Source: an uncultured Candidatus Peribacteria bacterium (GTDB lineage Bacteria; Patescibacteriota; Gracilibacteria; Peribacterales; Peribacteraceae). From it: 64,000 nt of DNA. A program made the position numbers and the translations under genes. The notes beneath the pieces were generated by a model. The model did no database searches, was not told the origin of the DNA, and saw only the letters and a program-made list of their open reading frames with translations. The stretch covers positions 22,977 to 86,976 of the forward strand of contig CAYWPP010000004.1 in the NCBI GenBank assembly GCA_964460475.1. The letters are read 5' to 3'. Below are positions 1-8,924 of this stretch, piece after piece (the stretch's first letter is position 1; the number at the start of each line of letters is the position of its first letter).

Positions 1-2
1 AA

Positions 3-1109
3 ATACGTACTGACTTCACGAGTCTTCCAGCAAAAGAAATACGAATGAAGTATGATTTGCCAGAAGATGGAAGAGACTGGAAAATAGAACTAGCCCAAAA
101 AGATTTGCAGCAAAATAATCCAATAGTTACAAGTATTACTTATCGGCTCTTTGATAAAAGAAAAACATTTTTTTCAGGAAAAACAAAGGGGTTCCTTGCT
201 TACCCCCGGAGAGAAACGATGCAGCATATGTTGCAAAAAAATGTAGGTCTAATTTTCAAAAGACAGGCGAAAGAAAGTGAAATTGAATATACACATGCAT
301 TGGTCAGTGCAGACCCAATATCTGAGGGTGTATTCGTTATTGATCCGAAGGGCAGAGAATTTATTGCGCCTCTATACCTTTATAGTAAGAATACTCAGCA
401 AACCTCTGTATTTGAGGGACAGGCAAAACTAGAAATTGAAGGCGAACAAATGGAATTGCATGGTGAAAGTGAAAAAATACTTAGAAAACCAAACTTCAAT
501 GCTGAGTTTATATCGTCAGTTATATCAGGAGTTGGTAATGGTAGATTTGATCCTACAGAAGTCTTCTTCTATATCTACGCAATTTTGCATTCTCCTTCCT
601 ACAGAAAACGATTCAATGACCTACTAAAAATTGATTTCCCACGCATTCCAGTAACAACCCAGTCCAAGCTTTTCAAGGCACTGGGAGTCCTTGGAAGAAG
701 TCTGGTTAATTTACATTTACTAGGTGAGAATCCGCTAGACAATGAACCCTCAATTTTTGAAGAAAGTGACCAGTGGAATATCCAAACAGGAAAGGTAGTG
801 GGGGCTAAAATTGATGACTGGAAGGTGCAAAAAATGAATGCGCAGGAGAGATACAACAAAGAACAGCAGCGAGTATTTGTGAATGAATCTCAGTACTTTG
901 ATGGCATAGAGTCAGAGGTCTGGGATTTCTTTATCGGCGGTTATCAAGTACTGGATAAATGGTTGTCCGAACGTGCTAAGGCAGGAAGATCAATTAAAGA
1001 CGAGCTAAAACACTTCATGAAAATAGCTGTGGCTTTGCGCGAGACCATCCGCCTTATGAAAGAAATTGATACTGCCATTGAGACACACGGAGGTTGGCCA
1101 ATTAAGTAA
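3..1109 (+). CDS. 5'-truncated (window edge) C-terminal part of a type ISP / YeeA-like N6-adenine DNA methyltransferase (target-recognition tail)
   Basis: The frame is open from base 3, with no stop before the first ATG at 45. Motifs FYIYAILHSPSYRKRFNDLLKIDFPRIP and GGYQVLDKWLSER match what I recall of the C-terminal domain of type ISP RM enzymes and YeeA-type methylases. The region is visibly AT-rich. Confidence 0.6.
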   Translation: MRTDFTSLPAKEIRMKYDLPEDGRDWKIELAQKDLQQNNPIVTSITYRLFDKRKTFFSGKTKGFLAYPRRETMQHMLQKNVGLIFKRQAKESEIEYTHALVSADPISEGVFVIDPKGREFIAPLYLYSKNTQQTSVFEGQAKLEIEGEQMELHGESEKILRKPNFNAEFISSVISGVGNGRFDPTEVFFYIYAILHSPSYRKRFNDLLKIDFPRIPVTTQSKLFKALGVLGRSLVNLHLLGENPLDNEPSIFEESDQWNIQTGKVVGAKIDDWKVQKMNAQERYNKEQQRVFVNESQYFDGIESEVWDFFIGGYQVLDKWLSERAKAGRSIKDELKHFMKIAVALRETIRLMKEIDTAIETHGGWPIK

Positions 1110-1121
1110 TTCTAAATAACC

Positions 1122-2279
1122 ATGCCTGATTCCTACCACATTCGCAGCACTTCCAGACAGTCAGCCGTCATACAAGACCGGGTGCTATCCGAAAACTCGA
1201 CTACGCGCAAAGTGTTGCGTCCGGAAGTTGTTAACAATCCGGGTGACGCATCTGCGAGTGTCAAAATTACTCTTGTATACCAAAGAAAGAGCCAGAGTGG
1301 AGAATGGGAAGACACACAGGCTATCAGAATGAATACACTACGTGCTGGTGAAGGCGTGAAGCTACATCTGGACACGCGGGAAACGAAGAAGCTGCATGAA
1401 GAACTTCAAAACTTATATGCCATTGGCGATGGTGGTGTACAGCTTGGAGAGCGTCGTTTGGTAGTAGCGGCAGAAGACCAAGTGATACTTGACGATCCGC
1501 AAAGGGCAGAAGCTATCAGAAAGTTGCTGGCACAGAGATATCCCGAAGAGGTATGGGATGATTTGATTGAAACTGATCCTGACCTTGTAACGAGACTTGC
1601 TTACGCACGGGTTCACACTAAAAGAAGCGAAGCACTGCAAGAGTTTGAACAAAGCTTGCAGTCTGAACAGCCCGAAGGTTACTGGCAGGAATTCTTTGAA
1701 AAGAATACGTGGATTTTCGGTTATGGGCTTGATTATCGGTTTTTAAACCATATACAAAGTCAGCCTAATTACGGAGGTGGAGATGTTGCTGGCAGAACAG
1801 GACACGAAGGCGACTTTTTACATCATTCGGACGGTAACATAAAATTCACCGTACTTGTTGAGATCAAAAAGCCTGATTCGCAGCTTGTTTCCGAATACAG
1901 AAGTGGCATTAACAAGCCCAGTGCTGAGCTATCAGGCGGCGTTTCACAGTTGCAAGTTTGCTGTAGGCAATGGGAGTTGGAAGGTGCGCCGAGCCAACAT
2001 AACCGAGAAATGGAATCGAGCCAGATATATACAATCAGCCCTCAGGGCATCCTGATCGTAGGCAACCTGGATCAGTTGAGTGATATTTCAGCCAGAAACT
2101 CGTTCGAGCTCTTTCGCCGCAGCCTTGCCAATCCTGAAATTCTGACATTCGACGAGTTGCTGCAAAGAGCCCGTTTTATTGTGGAGCATGGCAATGCACA
2201 GGAAGAATCTAGCAATACTACATCAGTTGCTGAAGAATCAGTAACGCCAGAAATAAACGTGGAAAAATTACCGTTTTAG
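1122..2279 (+). CDS. Shedu-like (DUF4263) PD-(D/E)xK nuclease with an unrecognised N-terminal domain
   Basis: The C-terminal half has WQEFFEKNTWIFGYG, then GDFLHH...KFTVLVEIKKP (a D...ExK core), then QLQ, ILIVGN and FELFRRSL..EILTFDELL. This order is typical of DUF4263/SduA. It starts 12 nt after the methylase gene and is AT-rich. Confidence 0.6.
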   Translation: MPDSYHIRSTSRQSAVIQDRVLSENSTTRKVLRPEVVNNPGDASASVKITLVYQRKSQSGEWEDTQAIRMNTLRAGEGVKLHLDTRETKKLHEELQNLYAIGDGGVQLGERRLVVAAEDQVILDDPQRAEAIRKLLAQRYPEEVWDDLIETDPDLVTRLAYARVHTKRSEALQEFEQSLQSEQPEGYWQEFFEKNTWIFGYGLDYRFLNHIQSQPNYGGGDVAGRTGHEGDFLHHSDGNIKFTVLVEIKKPDSQLVSEYRSGINKPSAELSGGVSQLQVCCRQWELEGAPSQHNREMESSQIYTISPQGILIVGNLDQLSDISARNSFELFRRSLANPEILTFDELLQRARFIVEHGNAQEESSNTTSVAEESVTPEINVEKLPF

Positions 2280-2577
2280 GCATCTTTTCATTTATTGAAA
2301 CTAGCAAAGTGTAATGTTTCCGTTTTTGAGCAGTATTCTACTTTTAACATCTTCCAGCAAAGCCCGATTCTTCACCATAGTCCCATTCCTCAACAGATAC
2401 TCCACGTACTTCCGCTGACTGACCTTCTTCTCTTTTTGTGAAATCACCATACACGCATCGCACAAATCAACATTCTTCACGGAGAAGGACACCTCCTCCC
2501 TGAGAGTCAACAACTTTTCCTGACAAGCGCAGGAGCGGAGAGTAGAATGAATCGTTGTTTTCTCCCCTCCCCCCAAC

Positions 2578-3054
2578 ATGGCACGCGCATCTCTCCTCTC
2601 CCTCGGCACGGCATCCTTGCTCCTTCTGGCAGCCTGCACGGCAAACGCACCGGACAACGGTGAGGAACCTGTCTCCACGGCGACGGGAGGCGAACAGACC
2701 GATACGAGCGGCGAGATGATGGACGGAGAAGAGACGAACGGAGACGTCATCATCCGCTACACCGACGACGGCTACTCGCCCTCCGCAGTCACGGTGGACA
2801 CGGGCACGACGGTCATCTTCGAAAACGAATCCGAAAACGCCATGTGGACGGCATCGGACGTGCATCCGACGCACCGGGACTATGCGGGAACGGAGCTCTC
2901 GGAACACTGCGGCGATGCAAACAGCGACGCCTTCGACGCATGCGAAGCGATTGCACCGGGAGACTCCTGGTCATTCGAGTTCGGCAAAGCGGGCACGTGG
3001 GGCTACCACAATCACCGTCTCCCCGCGCATACCGGCACCGTCACCGTCCGCTAA
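2578..3054 (+). CDS. cupredoxin-fold lipoprotein
   Basis: Signal peptide with a lipobox (LLLLAAC), followed by a single cupredoxin-like module (TVIFENESENAMW ... YHNHRLPAHTGTVTV). Confidence 0.7.
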   Translation: MARASLLSLGTASLLLLAACTANAPDNGEEPVSTATGGEQTDTSGEMMDGEETNGDVIIRYTDDGYSPSAVTVDTGTTVIFENESENAMWTASDVHPTHRDYAGTELSEHCGDANSDAFDACEAIAPGDSWSFEFGKAGTWGYHNHRLPAHTGTVTVR

Positions 3055-3064
3055 CGTTTCGATC

Positions 3065-3445
3065 ATGCTGCGAGTTCCCCTCCACCTTCTTCGGATCGGC
3101 CTCGGCATCATGTTCGTGTGGATCGGCGTGATGATCGTCCGGGCACCCGTGGCCTTCGGCGGCTACATGCAACCGTGGGCGGCGGACCTGCTCCCCGTGT
3201 CCATGGAACGGGCGATGCTCGGCACCGGCGCGCTCGACATCGTGATCGGACTGGCGCTTCTGCTCGGCTGGAAGCTTTGGATCACGGCGCTCGTCGCTTC
3301 CGTACACCTGCTGCTGATCCTCATCGTCAGCGGCGTCACGGACATCACCGTGCGCGATATCGGGCTTCTCGGCGGCACCATGGCGCTCTTCGTCGCGGAT
3401 GCACCGATGCTGCGCACCTGGCGGCAATCTCCCCCTTCCCACTAA
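3065..3445 (+). CDS. small four-TM membrane protein (DoxX/YkgB-like by appearance)
   Basis: Uses the internal ATG at 3065 of ORF 2882..3445 (MLRVPLHLLRIGLGIMFVWIGV...). The upstream 61 codons overlap the previous gene and are Arg/Ser-rich junk. Confidence 0.55.
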   Translation: MLRVPLHLLRIGLGIMFVWIGVMIVRAPVAFGGYMQPWAADLLPVSMERAMLGTGALDIVIGLALLLGWKLWITALVASVHLLLILIVSGVTDITVRDIGLLGGTMALFVADAPMLRTWRQSPPSH

Positions 3446-3458
3446 GAAGCCACGGAAG

Positions 3459-3467
3459 TGCTACACT
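3459..3467 (+). promoter_or_regulatory. extended -10 element TGCTACACT, 7 nt upstream of ATG 3475
   Basis: Read directly from the sequence. It belongs to the recurrent (TGn)TAnnnT-N5-8-start pattern (see findings). Confidence 0.45.
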
Positions 3468-3474
3468 CTCCCGC

Positions 3475-4497
3475 ATGAACGAATCCAGTCTCCGCACGGC
3501 ATTCTTCTTCGTGCTCCTCACGGGAGTCCTCATCCTGACGTTCTTCCTGTTCCGGCCGTTTCTGGTGATGTTCGCCATCGCCGCCACGGCGGTGGTCATC
3601 CTGCACCCCGTGCATGACAGAATCCTGAAGCGTGTCGGCAAGCGGCCGAGAACGGCTGCCTTCCTGACGGTCGCAATCACGATCCTGCTCGTCCTGATTC
3701 CGCTCACGCTCATCGGCACTCAAATTGCGACGGAGGCGGCGGATTTGTACGCGGACCTGCGCGACGGCACGGCGTCCCTGCCGACCGACGCACTGGGCGC
3801 ACTGGAAGATGTTGTCCAGCGGTACGTGCCGGGCATGGAGCTCGATGTGAACCGCTACGCGAGCCAGGGACTCAACTGGATCACCGATAATCTGCAGGCG
3901 CTCTTCGCGGGAACGTTCCATACTCTCTTCCTCATCTTCCTCGGCATCATCACCTACTACTACCTGCTCAAGGACGGCAAGACCTTCGTCCGGTCGCTTA
4001 TGGACTTAAGTCCGCTGAAGGAAGAGGAGAACCGCAAGCTGGTGCAGCGCCTGCATCTGGCGGTCAATTCCGTCATCCGGGGTTCGCTCATCATCGCCAT
4101 GCTCCAGGGAATCGCGACGGGCGTCGGCCTCTTGATCTTCGGCGTTCCGAGCGCCTTCCTGCTCGGCAGCATCGCGGGCGTCGGCGCACTGATCCCCACG
4201 GTGGGAACGAGCATCGTCATCGGTCCCGTCGTCCTGTACCTCGCGTTCATCGGCGAGTACGTCTCCGCGGCAGGATTCCTGGCGTGGGGCATCGTCGCGG
4301 TCGGACTCATCGACAATTTCCTCCACCCCATTCTCGTCGGCCGTGGCATGAAGATGCATCCGCTCTTCATCTTCTTCGCGGTCATCGGCGGCGTGAGCCT
4401 CTTCGGCATGGCGGGATTCATCTTGGGCCCGCTCGTCATCAGCCTGCTCTTCGGACTCCTGGACATCTTCCGGAAAGAGAAGAGTCACACGTCCTGA
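3475..4497 (+). CDS. AI-2E family transporter (PerM/UPF0118)
   Basis: Multi-TM protein starting MNESSLRTAFFFVLLTG. The overall layout and the C-terminal FILGPLV region are typical of AI-2E family permeases. The longer ORF from 3118 adds an Arg/His-rich non-coding-looking extension. Confidence 0.85.
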   Translation: MNESSLRTAFFFVLLTGVLILTFFLFRPFLVMFAIAATAVVILHPVHDRILKRVGKRPRTAAFLTVAITILLVLIPLTLIGTQIATEAADLYADLRDGTASLPTDALGALEDVVQRYVPGMELDVNRYASQGLNWITDNLQALFAGTFHTLFLIFLGIITYYYLLKDGKTFVRSLMDLSPLKEEENRKLVQRLHLAVNSVIRGSLIIAMLQGIATGVGLLIFGVPSAFLLGSIAGVGALIPTVGTSIVIGPVVLYLAFIGEYVSAAGFLAWGIVAVGLIDNFLHPILVGRGMKMHPLFIFFAVIGGVSLFGMAGFILGPLVISLLFGLLDIFRKEKSHTS

Positions 4498-4579
4498 CAT
4501 ACAGCGGGGCAAGACGTAACGCGTTGTCCTCACTCTTTGGACGGGAGCAGGGCGCTTTTCGTTGAATAGAGAAGAGGCA

Positions 4580-4930
4580 CTACGCCTCGACACCCGAGAA
4601 CGTATTGCCCGCCTCTTCCCAGCCCGCCAGACCTCCGGGAAAGTGCCGGACACGACGGTAACCCATCTCGACGAGTTGCTCTGCGGCCTGCGGCGACGCG
4701 TTGCAGTTCTCATCCGCGCAGTACACGATGAGCTCGGTGTCTTTGGAGGGCACTTCTCTCTCGATGCGCTCTCGTAGTTCATCCAAGGGAATATTCACGG
4801 AACCCGGAATGTGCATCGCATCGAACTTTTCCTTGGAGAGAACGTTGAGAACCACGGTGTCACCGCCGACTTCGAGTCGGTTCTTCACGTCGGCGGCGGA
4901 CACGGTCTGAATCATGGAGGTGGCGGGCAT
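4580..4930 (-). CDS. rhodanese-like domain protein
   Basis: Single rhodanese fold with an active-site loop (IVYCADENCNAS) and GGLAGW near the C-terminus. Confidence 0.85.
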   Translation of the reverse strand: MPATSMIQTVSAADVKNRLEVGGDTVVLNVLSKEKFDAMHIPGSVNIPLDELRERIEREVPSKDTELIVYCADENCNASPQAAEQLVEMGYRRVRHFPGGLAGWEEAGNTFSGVEA

Positions 4931-4963
4931 AATAAGGAGGGGGAAAGGGGAAGGGCACGTAAC

Positions 4964-5482
4964 TTATGCATGAGCATGCAACGTGCGTGCGCGGTGTGCG
5001 CTCGGCGCGTGCGCCCATGCGGACGCGATGTACAGGCCGAGGACCGTACCGAAGAAGAACGTGTGGTACACGAACTGCGAGAGCGGCGTCGTGCGGGTCG
5101 CGAACCACTCCACGTTCAGAATGGGCGCGAAGACGTAGAAATTCACGAGCCAGAGCGCGAAGCCGAAGAGAGTCATCGAGAAGATGACGCCGGCGTACGA
5201 GTGCAGCAAACCCATGGAACGGACGAGGAATGCGGCGAGAACGCCGAACGCGACCGAAGCGACGACGTGGAACGCCGTGCCTGCAAGAAGCGCTTCCGTC
5301 AGTGAAATGCCGACGGGATCGGTCTGGAGCGGCACGCTTGCGATCATGCGCAGCGGACCGAAGAATTCTCCGCCGAGCCAGACGGCTCCGAGCATTGCGG
5401 CAAGCGCGAAGACGACGCCTGCGATGAGGCCTCCGAGAGCCCCGTGCTTCCATGCCGACGATGCGGTGTGGGAGGTGTCCAT
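4964..5482 (-). CDS. hypothetical integral membrane protein
   Basis: Starts at MDTSHTASS (internal ATG). About 5 hydrophobic helices. No family recognised. Confidence 0.5.
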   Translation of the reverse strand: MDTSHTASSAWKHGALGGLIAGVVFALAAMLGAVWLGGEFFGPLRMIASVPLQTDPVGISLTEALLAGTAFHVVASVAFGVLAAFLVRSMGLLHSYAGVIFSMTLFGFALWLVNFYVFAPILNVEWFATRTTPLSQFVYHTFFFGTVLGLYIASAWAHAPSAHRARTLHAHA

Positions 5483-5597
5483 ACGAAAGAGGGGGAAGGG
5501 ATACGCAGGAGTGATGACGCGCGAACACCTCAAACCTTACGAAACAATCAACGCGATTCCCGCCGCATCGGTACCGATGTCCGGTGTATGGCGGCGA

Positions 5598-7397
5598 TCA
5601 GGCTTTCCCCGCCCTCTTGCGTTCGTTCTCGTTGAGCAGCTTCTTGCGGAGCCGAATACTCGACGGCGTGATTTCGACGAGTTCGTCGTCGGCAACGTAC
5701 TCCAGCGCCTGTTCCAATGTCATCTTCGCGATCGGCGTCAGCGTCAGCGCTTCATCGGTACCGGAGGCACGCACGTTCGTCAGCTTCTTGTTCTTCGACG
5801 GATTCACGACGAGATCGTCGCTCTTCGCGCTCTCGCCGATGATCATGCCTTCGTACACTTTCGTCTGGGGTTCGATGAAGAGCCTGCCGCGATCCTGCAG
5901 ATTCCAGAGCGAGTACGCCATCGCCTCGCCGCCGACCATGGAAATCATCGATCCGCGGGTGCGTCCGGGAAGCGGACCTTTGAAGGGTTCGTAACGGACG
6001 AACGAATGGGTCAGAATCCCCTCCCCGCGCGTTTCGATGACGAAGTCCCCGCGCAATCCGAGCAGACCACGCGTCGGGACGATGAACTCGACACGCGTGT
6101 GTCCTTCGTTCGTGCGCATGTCGACCATCTCGCCCTTGCGGCGCGACAGCATCTCGATGATGCCTCCCGCGTAGGCTTCCGGAACGTCCACGATCACCTG
6201 TTCCATCGGTTCCATCTTCTGACCGTTCTCCTCGCGCATGATCACTTGCGGACGCGATACCTGCAGTTCGAATCCTTCGCGGCGCATCTGCTCGATGAGG
6301 ACCGACAGGTGAAGCTCGCCGCGGCCGGAAACCTTGTAGGAATCCGTGCCGGGAATGTCCTCGACTTTCAGACCGACGTTCGTCTCCTTCTCTTTCTCCA
6401 GTCGCGCCTTGATGTGGCGGGTGGTGAGGAGTTTTCCTTCGCGCCCCGCGAACGGCGAATCGTTCACGAGGAAGTTCATGGAAATCGTCGGCGGATCGAT
6501 GGTGATCGCCGGAAGCGGCTCCGCATCGGGTGCGGTCGCGATGGTTTCGCCGACGTAGATGTCGGGGATGCCCGCGAGCACGACGATGTCGCCTGCACCG
6601 GCCTTCGGAACTTCGACGCGTCTCACGCCCTGAAACGCGAAGATCTTCGTGATTTTGCCGGAACGATCTTTGCCGTCGTGCGTCTTCACGTAGACGGTTT
6701 GCCCGACGGAGACGGTTCCCTCGTACACGCGACCGATGGCGAGGCGACCGACGTAGTTGTCGTAACCCAGGCTGCTCGGCTGCATGCGGAATTCCGTGTC
6801 TTCGCGCTGCGCCGCGGCCGGCACCTTCTCCATGATGGTCTCGAAGAGCGGCGTCAGGTCGGTCGCATCGTCCTCGAGAGACTTCTTCGCGATGCCCTCA
6901 CGCGCGACGGCGAAGAGGTATGGGAAATCAAGCTGCTCATCGGTCGCGCCGAGCGAGGAGAAGAGGTCGAACACCATGTCGACGACCTCGGTCGGGCGGG
7001 CCGCGGGCTTGTCGATCTTGTTGATGACGACGATGGGCTTGAGTCCCAGTTCGAGCGACTTCTTCAGCACGAACTTCGTCTGGGGCATGGGGCCCTCCTG
7101 CGCATCGACGAGCAGGAGCACGCTGTCGATGGTCCGCAGAATACGCTCGACCTCGCTGCCGAAGTCGGCATGGCCGGGCGTATCGACGATGTTGATCTTG
7201 CAGTCCTTGTAGGTGATGGAGGCATTCTTCGCGTAGATCGTGATGCCGCGCTCTTTCTCCTGGTCGTTGCTGTCCATAACGAGCTCTTCCACTTCCTCAT
7301 GTGCGGCAAACGCACCTCCCTGCTTCAGGAGCGCGTCCACGAGCGTGGTTTTGCCGTGGTCGACGTGCGCGATGATGGCGATGTTACGGATTGTCAT
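5598..7397 (-). CDS. typA: translational GTPase TypA/BipA
   Basis: GTPase motifs AIIAHVDHGKTTL, DTPGHADF and NKID. Full-length collinear EF-G-like domains. ATG at 7397 gives MTIRNIAII; the 664-aa ORF adds a non-conserved extension. Confidence 0.95.
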   Translation of the reverse strand: MTIRNIAIIAHVDHGKTTLVDALLKQGGAFAAHEEVEELVMDSNDQEKERGITIYAKNASITYKDCKINIVDTPGHADFGSEVERILRTIDSVLLLVDAQEGPMPQTKFVLKKSLELGLKPIVVINKIDKPAARPTEVVDMVFDLFSSLGATDEQLDFPYLFAVAREGIAKKSLEDDATDLTPLFETIMEKVPAAAQREDTEFRMQPSSLGYDNYVGRLAIGRVYEGTVSVGQTVYVKTHDGKDRSGKITKIFAFQGVRRVEVPKAGAGDIVVLAGIPDIYVGETIATAPDAEPLPAITIDPPTISMNFLVNDSPFAGREGKLLTTRHIKARLEKEKETNVGLKVEDIPGTDSYKVSGRGELHLSVLIEQMRREGFELQVSRPQVIMREENGQKMEPMEQVIVDVPEAYAGGIIEMLSRRKGEMVDMRTNEGHTRVEFIVPTRGLLGLRGDFVIETRGEGILTHSFVRYEPFKGPLPGRTRGSMISMVGGEAMAYSLWNLQDRGRLFIEPQTKVYEGMIIGESAKSDDLVVNPSKNKKLTNVRASGTDEALTLTPIAKMTLEQALEYVADDELVEITPSSIRLRKKLLNENERKRAGKA

Positions 7398-7520
7398 AAG
7401 GGAAAGAGGAAGCCGTGTGTTCGCCTCTACGCATCGCGAAGCGAAACCGTGCGGCGCGGAAGTGTAGCTGGTTTTTGAGGCCTTGGCCATGGTCTCTCCG
7501 CCATGGCGGATGAGAGACAC

Positions 7521-7553
7521 AAAAAAAGAAGGAGGGCGAGATGCCGCTCCTTC
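7521..7553 (-). terminator. Rho-independent terminator (minus strand)
   Basis: The minus strand reads GAAGGAGCGGCATCTCGCCCTCCTTC followed by TTTTTTT. The stem is about 10 bp with one bulge. It lies 124 nt upstream of the typA start. Confidence 0.6.
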
Positions 7554-7703
7554 CTTCTTGTTGAGTGTCGCGGACGACTTTAGCAGCCGCAACCGCAGTT
7601 ACCACCACCGGACATGGGATGTGGAAGGAAAAGAAGTAAGACGGACACATGATAGTTTACTACTAAACTACCTGTCAAGAGGAAGACATACACAGCATGA
7701 CAT

Positions 7704-7731
7704 AAAAAAAGAGGGGATGTCTCCCCTCTTT
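7704..7731 (-). terminator. Rho-independent terminator (minus strand; weaker on plus)
   Basis: AGAGGGGA-TGTC-TCCCCTCT hairpin. It is flanked by A7 on the plus strand (T7 after the hairpin on the minus strand) and by T4 on the other side. Confidence 0.65.
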
Positions 7732-7955
7732 TCACACATGAGCGAGCGAATTACATCGCACCGCCCTGAGCCGGAGCAGCCGGAGCGTCGCCACCCTCGG
7801 GAGCGGCAGGCGCATCGGTCGCGGGAGCGGCCGGAGAAGCTGCGGGCTCAGCCGGTGGCGTTCCCTCCGTGGGAGTCGTCGGTTCATCAAACATACGAAT
7901 GGGGGAAAGAAACAGATACCTTGCGATCCTACGGACTGAGCAGGTGAGGTCAACC

Positions 7956-8795
7956 CTAAAATTCGTGTTTTTTTCCGAGATCGTCGCGATGGTAGCGGCC
8001 GAATTCCTCGATCTGTACGCAGAGGTCGTTCTTCACGACCGGGCCTTCCGTGCACAGGCGGATACCGAGCGGATCAACGGTACAGTTCCCGCAGATGCCG
8101 TACCCGCACTTCATGTAGCGTTCCAAGGAGAGCTGACTCGGAATCTTGTGCTGCGCGGTGATCTCGGAAATGCGCTTGAGCATTCTCTCCGGTCCGCAGC
8201 CGAACACCTGGTCAATCGGCGAACATCCGTCCGCACCCACGGGGCAAGCCTCCAGCAGTTTCTCGAGCATCTGGGTGTTGTACCCCTTGAATCCCACGGA
8301 ACCGTCGTCGGTCGTAATGTGGAGCGAGACGTGCGGAAGCGCCTCCAGTTCCTTCAGGTAGAGGAGGTGTTCCTTGGAGCGCGCGCCGACGATCACTTCC
8401 AACGTACAGCCGTGATCCACGGTCTCACTCGCCACGAAGTACATGGGCGCGGCGCCGTAGCCGCCCGCGACGAGCGCGATGTGCTGGCCGGGTTTCCACT
8501 CGTAGCAGGTGCCGAACGGTCCGCGCAGTCCCACGAGATCTCCGACACCGCGACGCGCAAGCTCTTGGGTCATATCACCGACGGCGAAGAAGGTGATCTT
8601 CGTCACGGCACCGTCGTCGTATGCGACGCTCATCGGCACTTCGTCGACGCCGGGAAGCCACACCATCACGAACTGGCCCGGTCGTGCACCCAGCGATCCA
8701 TCGAAGGTGTACGTTCGTACCATGTCGGTTTCCTGCTGCACATGCTTGATGCGGTAGGTCTTCGGGAGCCTGCTTTGGAGGGCGATGCGCGTCAT
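7956..8795 (-). CDS. pyrK: dihydroorotate dehydrogenase (class 1B) electron-transfer subunit
   Basis: Ferredoxin-reductase-like FAD/NAD fold (RTYTF, GQFVMV, LVAGGYGAAP) plus a C-terminal 2Fe-2S cysteine cluster (CGYGICGNC...C). Confidence 0.9.
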   Translation of the reverse strand: MTRIALQSRLPKTYRIKHVQQETDMVRTYTFDGSLGARPGQFVMVWLPGVDEVPMSVAYDDGAVTKITFFAVGDMTQELARRGVGDLVGLRGPFGTCYEWKPGQHIALVAGGYGAAPMYFVASETVDHGCTLEVIVGARSKEHLLYLKELEALPHVSLHITTDDGSVGFKGYNTQMLEKLLEACPVGADGCSPIDQVFGCGPERMLKRISEITAQHKIPSQLSLERYMKCGYGICGNCTVDPLGIRLCTEGPVVKNDLCVQIEEFGRYHRDDLGKKHEF

Positions 8796-8805
8796 TGTAT
8801 TGAGG

Positions 8806-8924
8806 AGGAGTTAGGGATGAGGGATGAGGGATTAGGGATTAGAGACTAGGGATTAGAGATGAGGAAGTATGGAGTATGGAGTAGGTGATAACGCAGCCTT
8901 CATTCGTAATTCATGATTCATACT
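8806..8924. repeat. block of degenerate 7-nt tandem repeats (GGGATTA/GAGACTA type, then GTATGGA type) between pyrD and pyrK
   Basis: Read directly from the sequence. It contains the 18-mer GGGATTAGAGACTAGGGA (8835-8852), which is identical to 9932-9949. Confidence 0.8.

Noticed and set aside
2301-2579. Small minus-strand ORF (up to 92 aa) with CxC...CxxC pairs at the right edge of the AT-rich island
   Set aside because: Its longest form would share a CATG start overlap with the divergent lipoprotein gene, leaving no promoter space. The shorter forms are under 50 aa. The resemblance to zinc-ribbon antitoxins is too weak to call. I leave it as possible but unsupported.
3118-3474. N-terminal extensions of track ORFs (also 28276-28437, 56552-57043, 7398-7592, 42569-42655)
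   Set aside because: The extensions are Arg/His/Pro-rich and overlap upstream genes. Homology and signal peptides begin at internal ATGs, several of which are preceded by -10-like boxes.
5184-7478. 764-aa plus-strand ORF covering the typA locus
   Set aside because: It is antisense to an unambiguous TypA gene. The product is Arg/His/Asp/Leu-rich low-complexity sequence, typical of spurious ORFs in GC-rich DNA.
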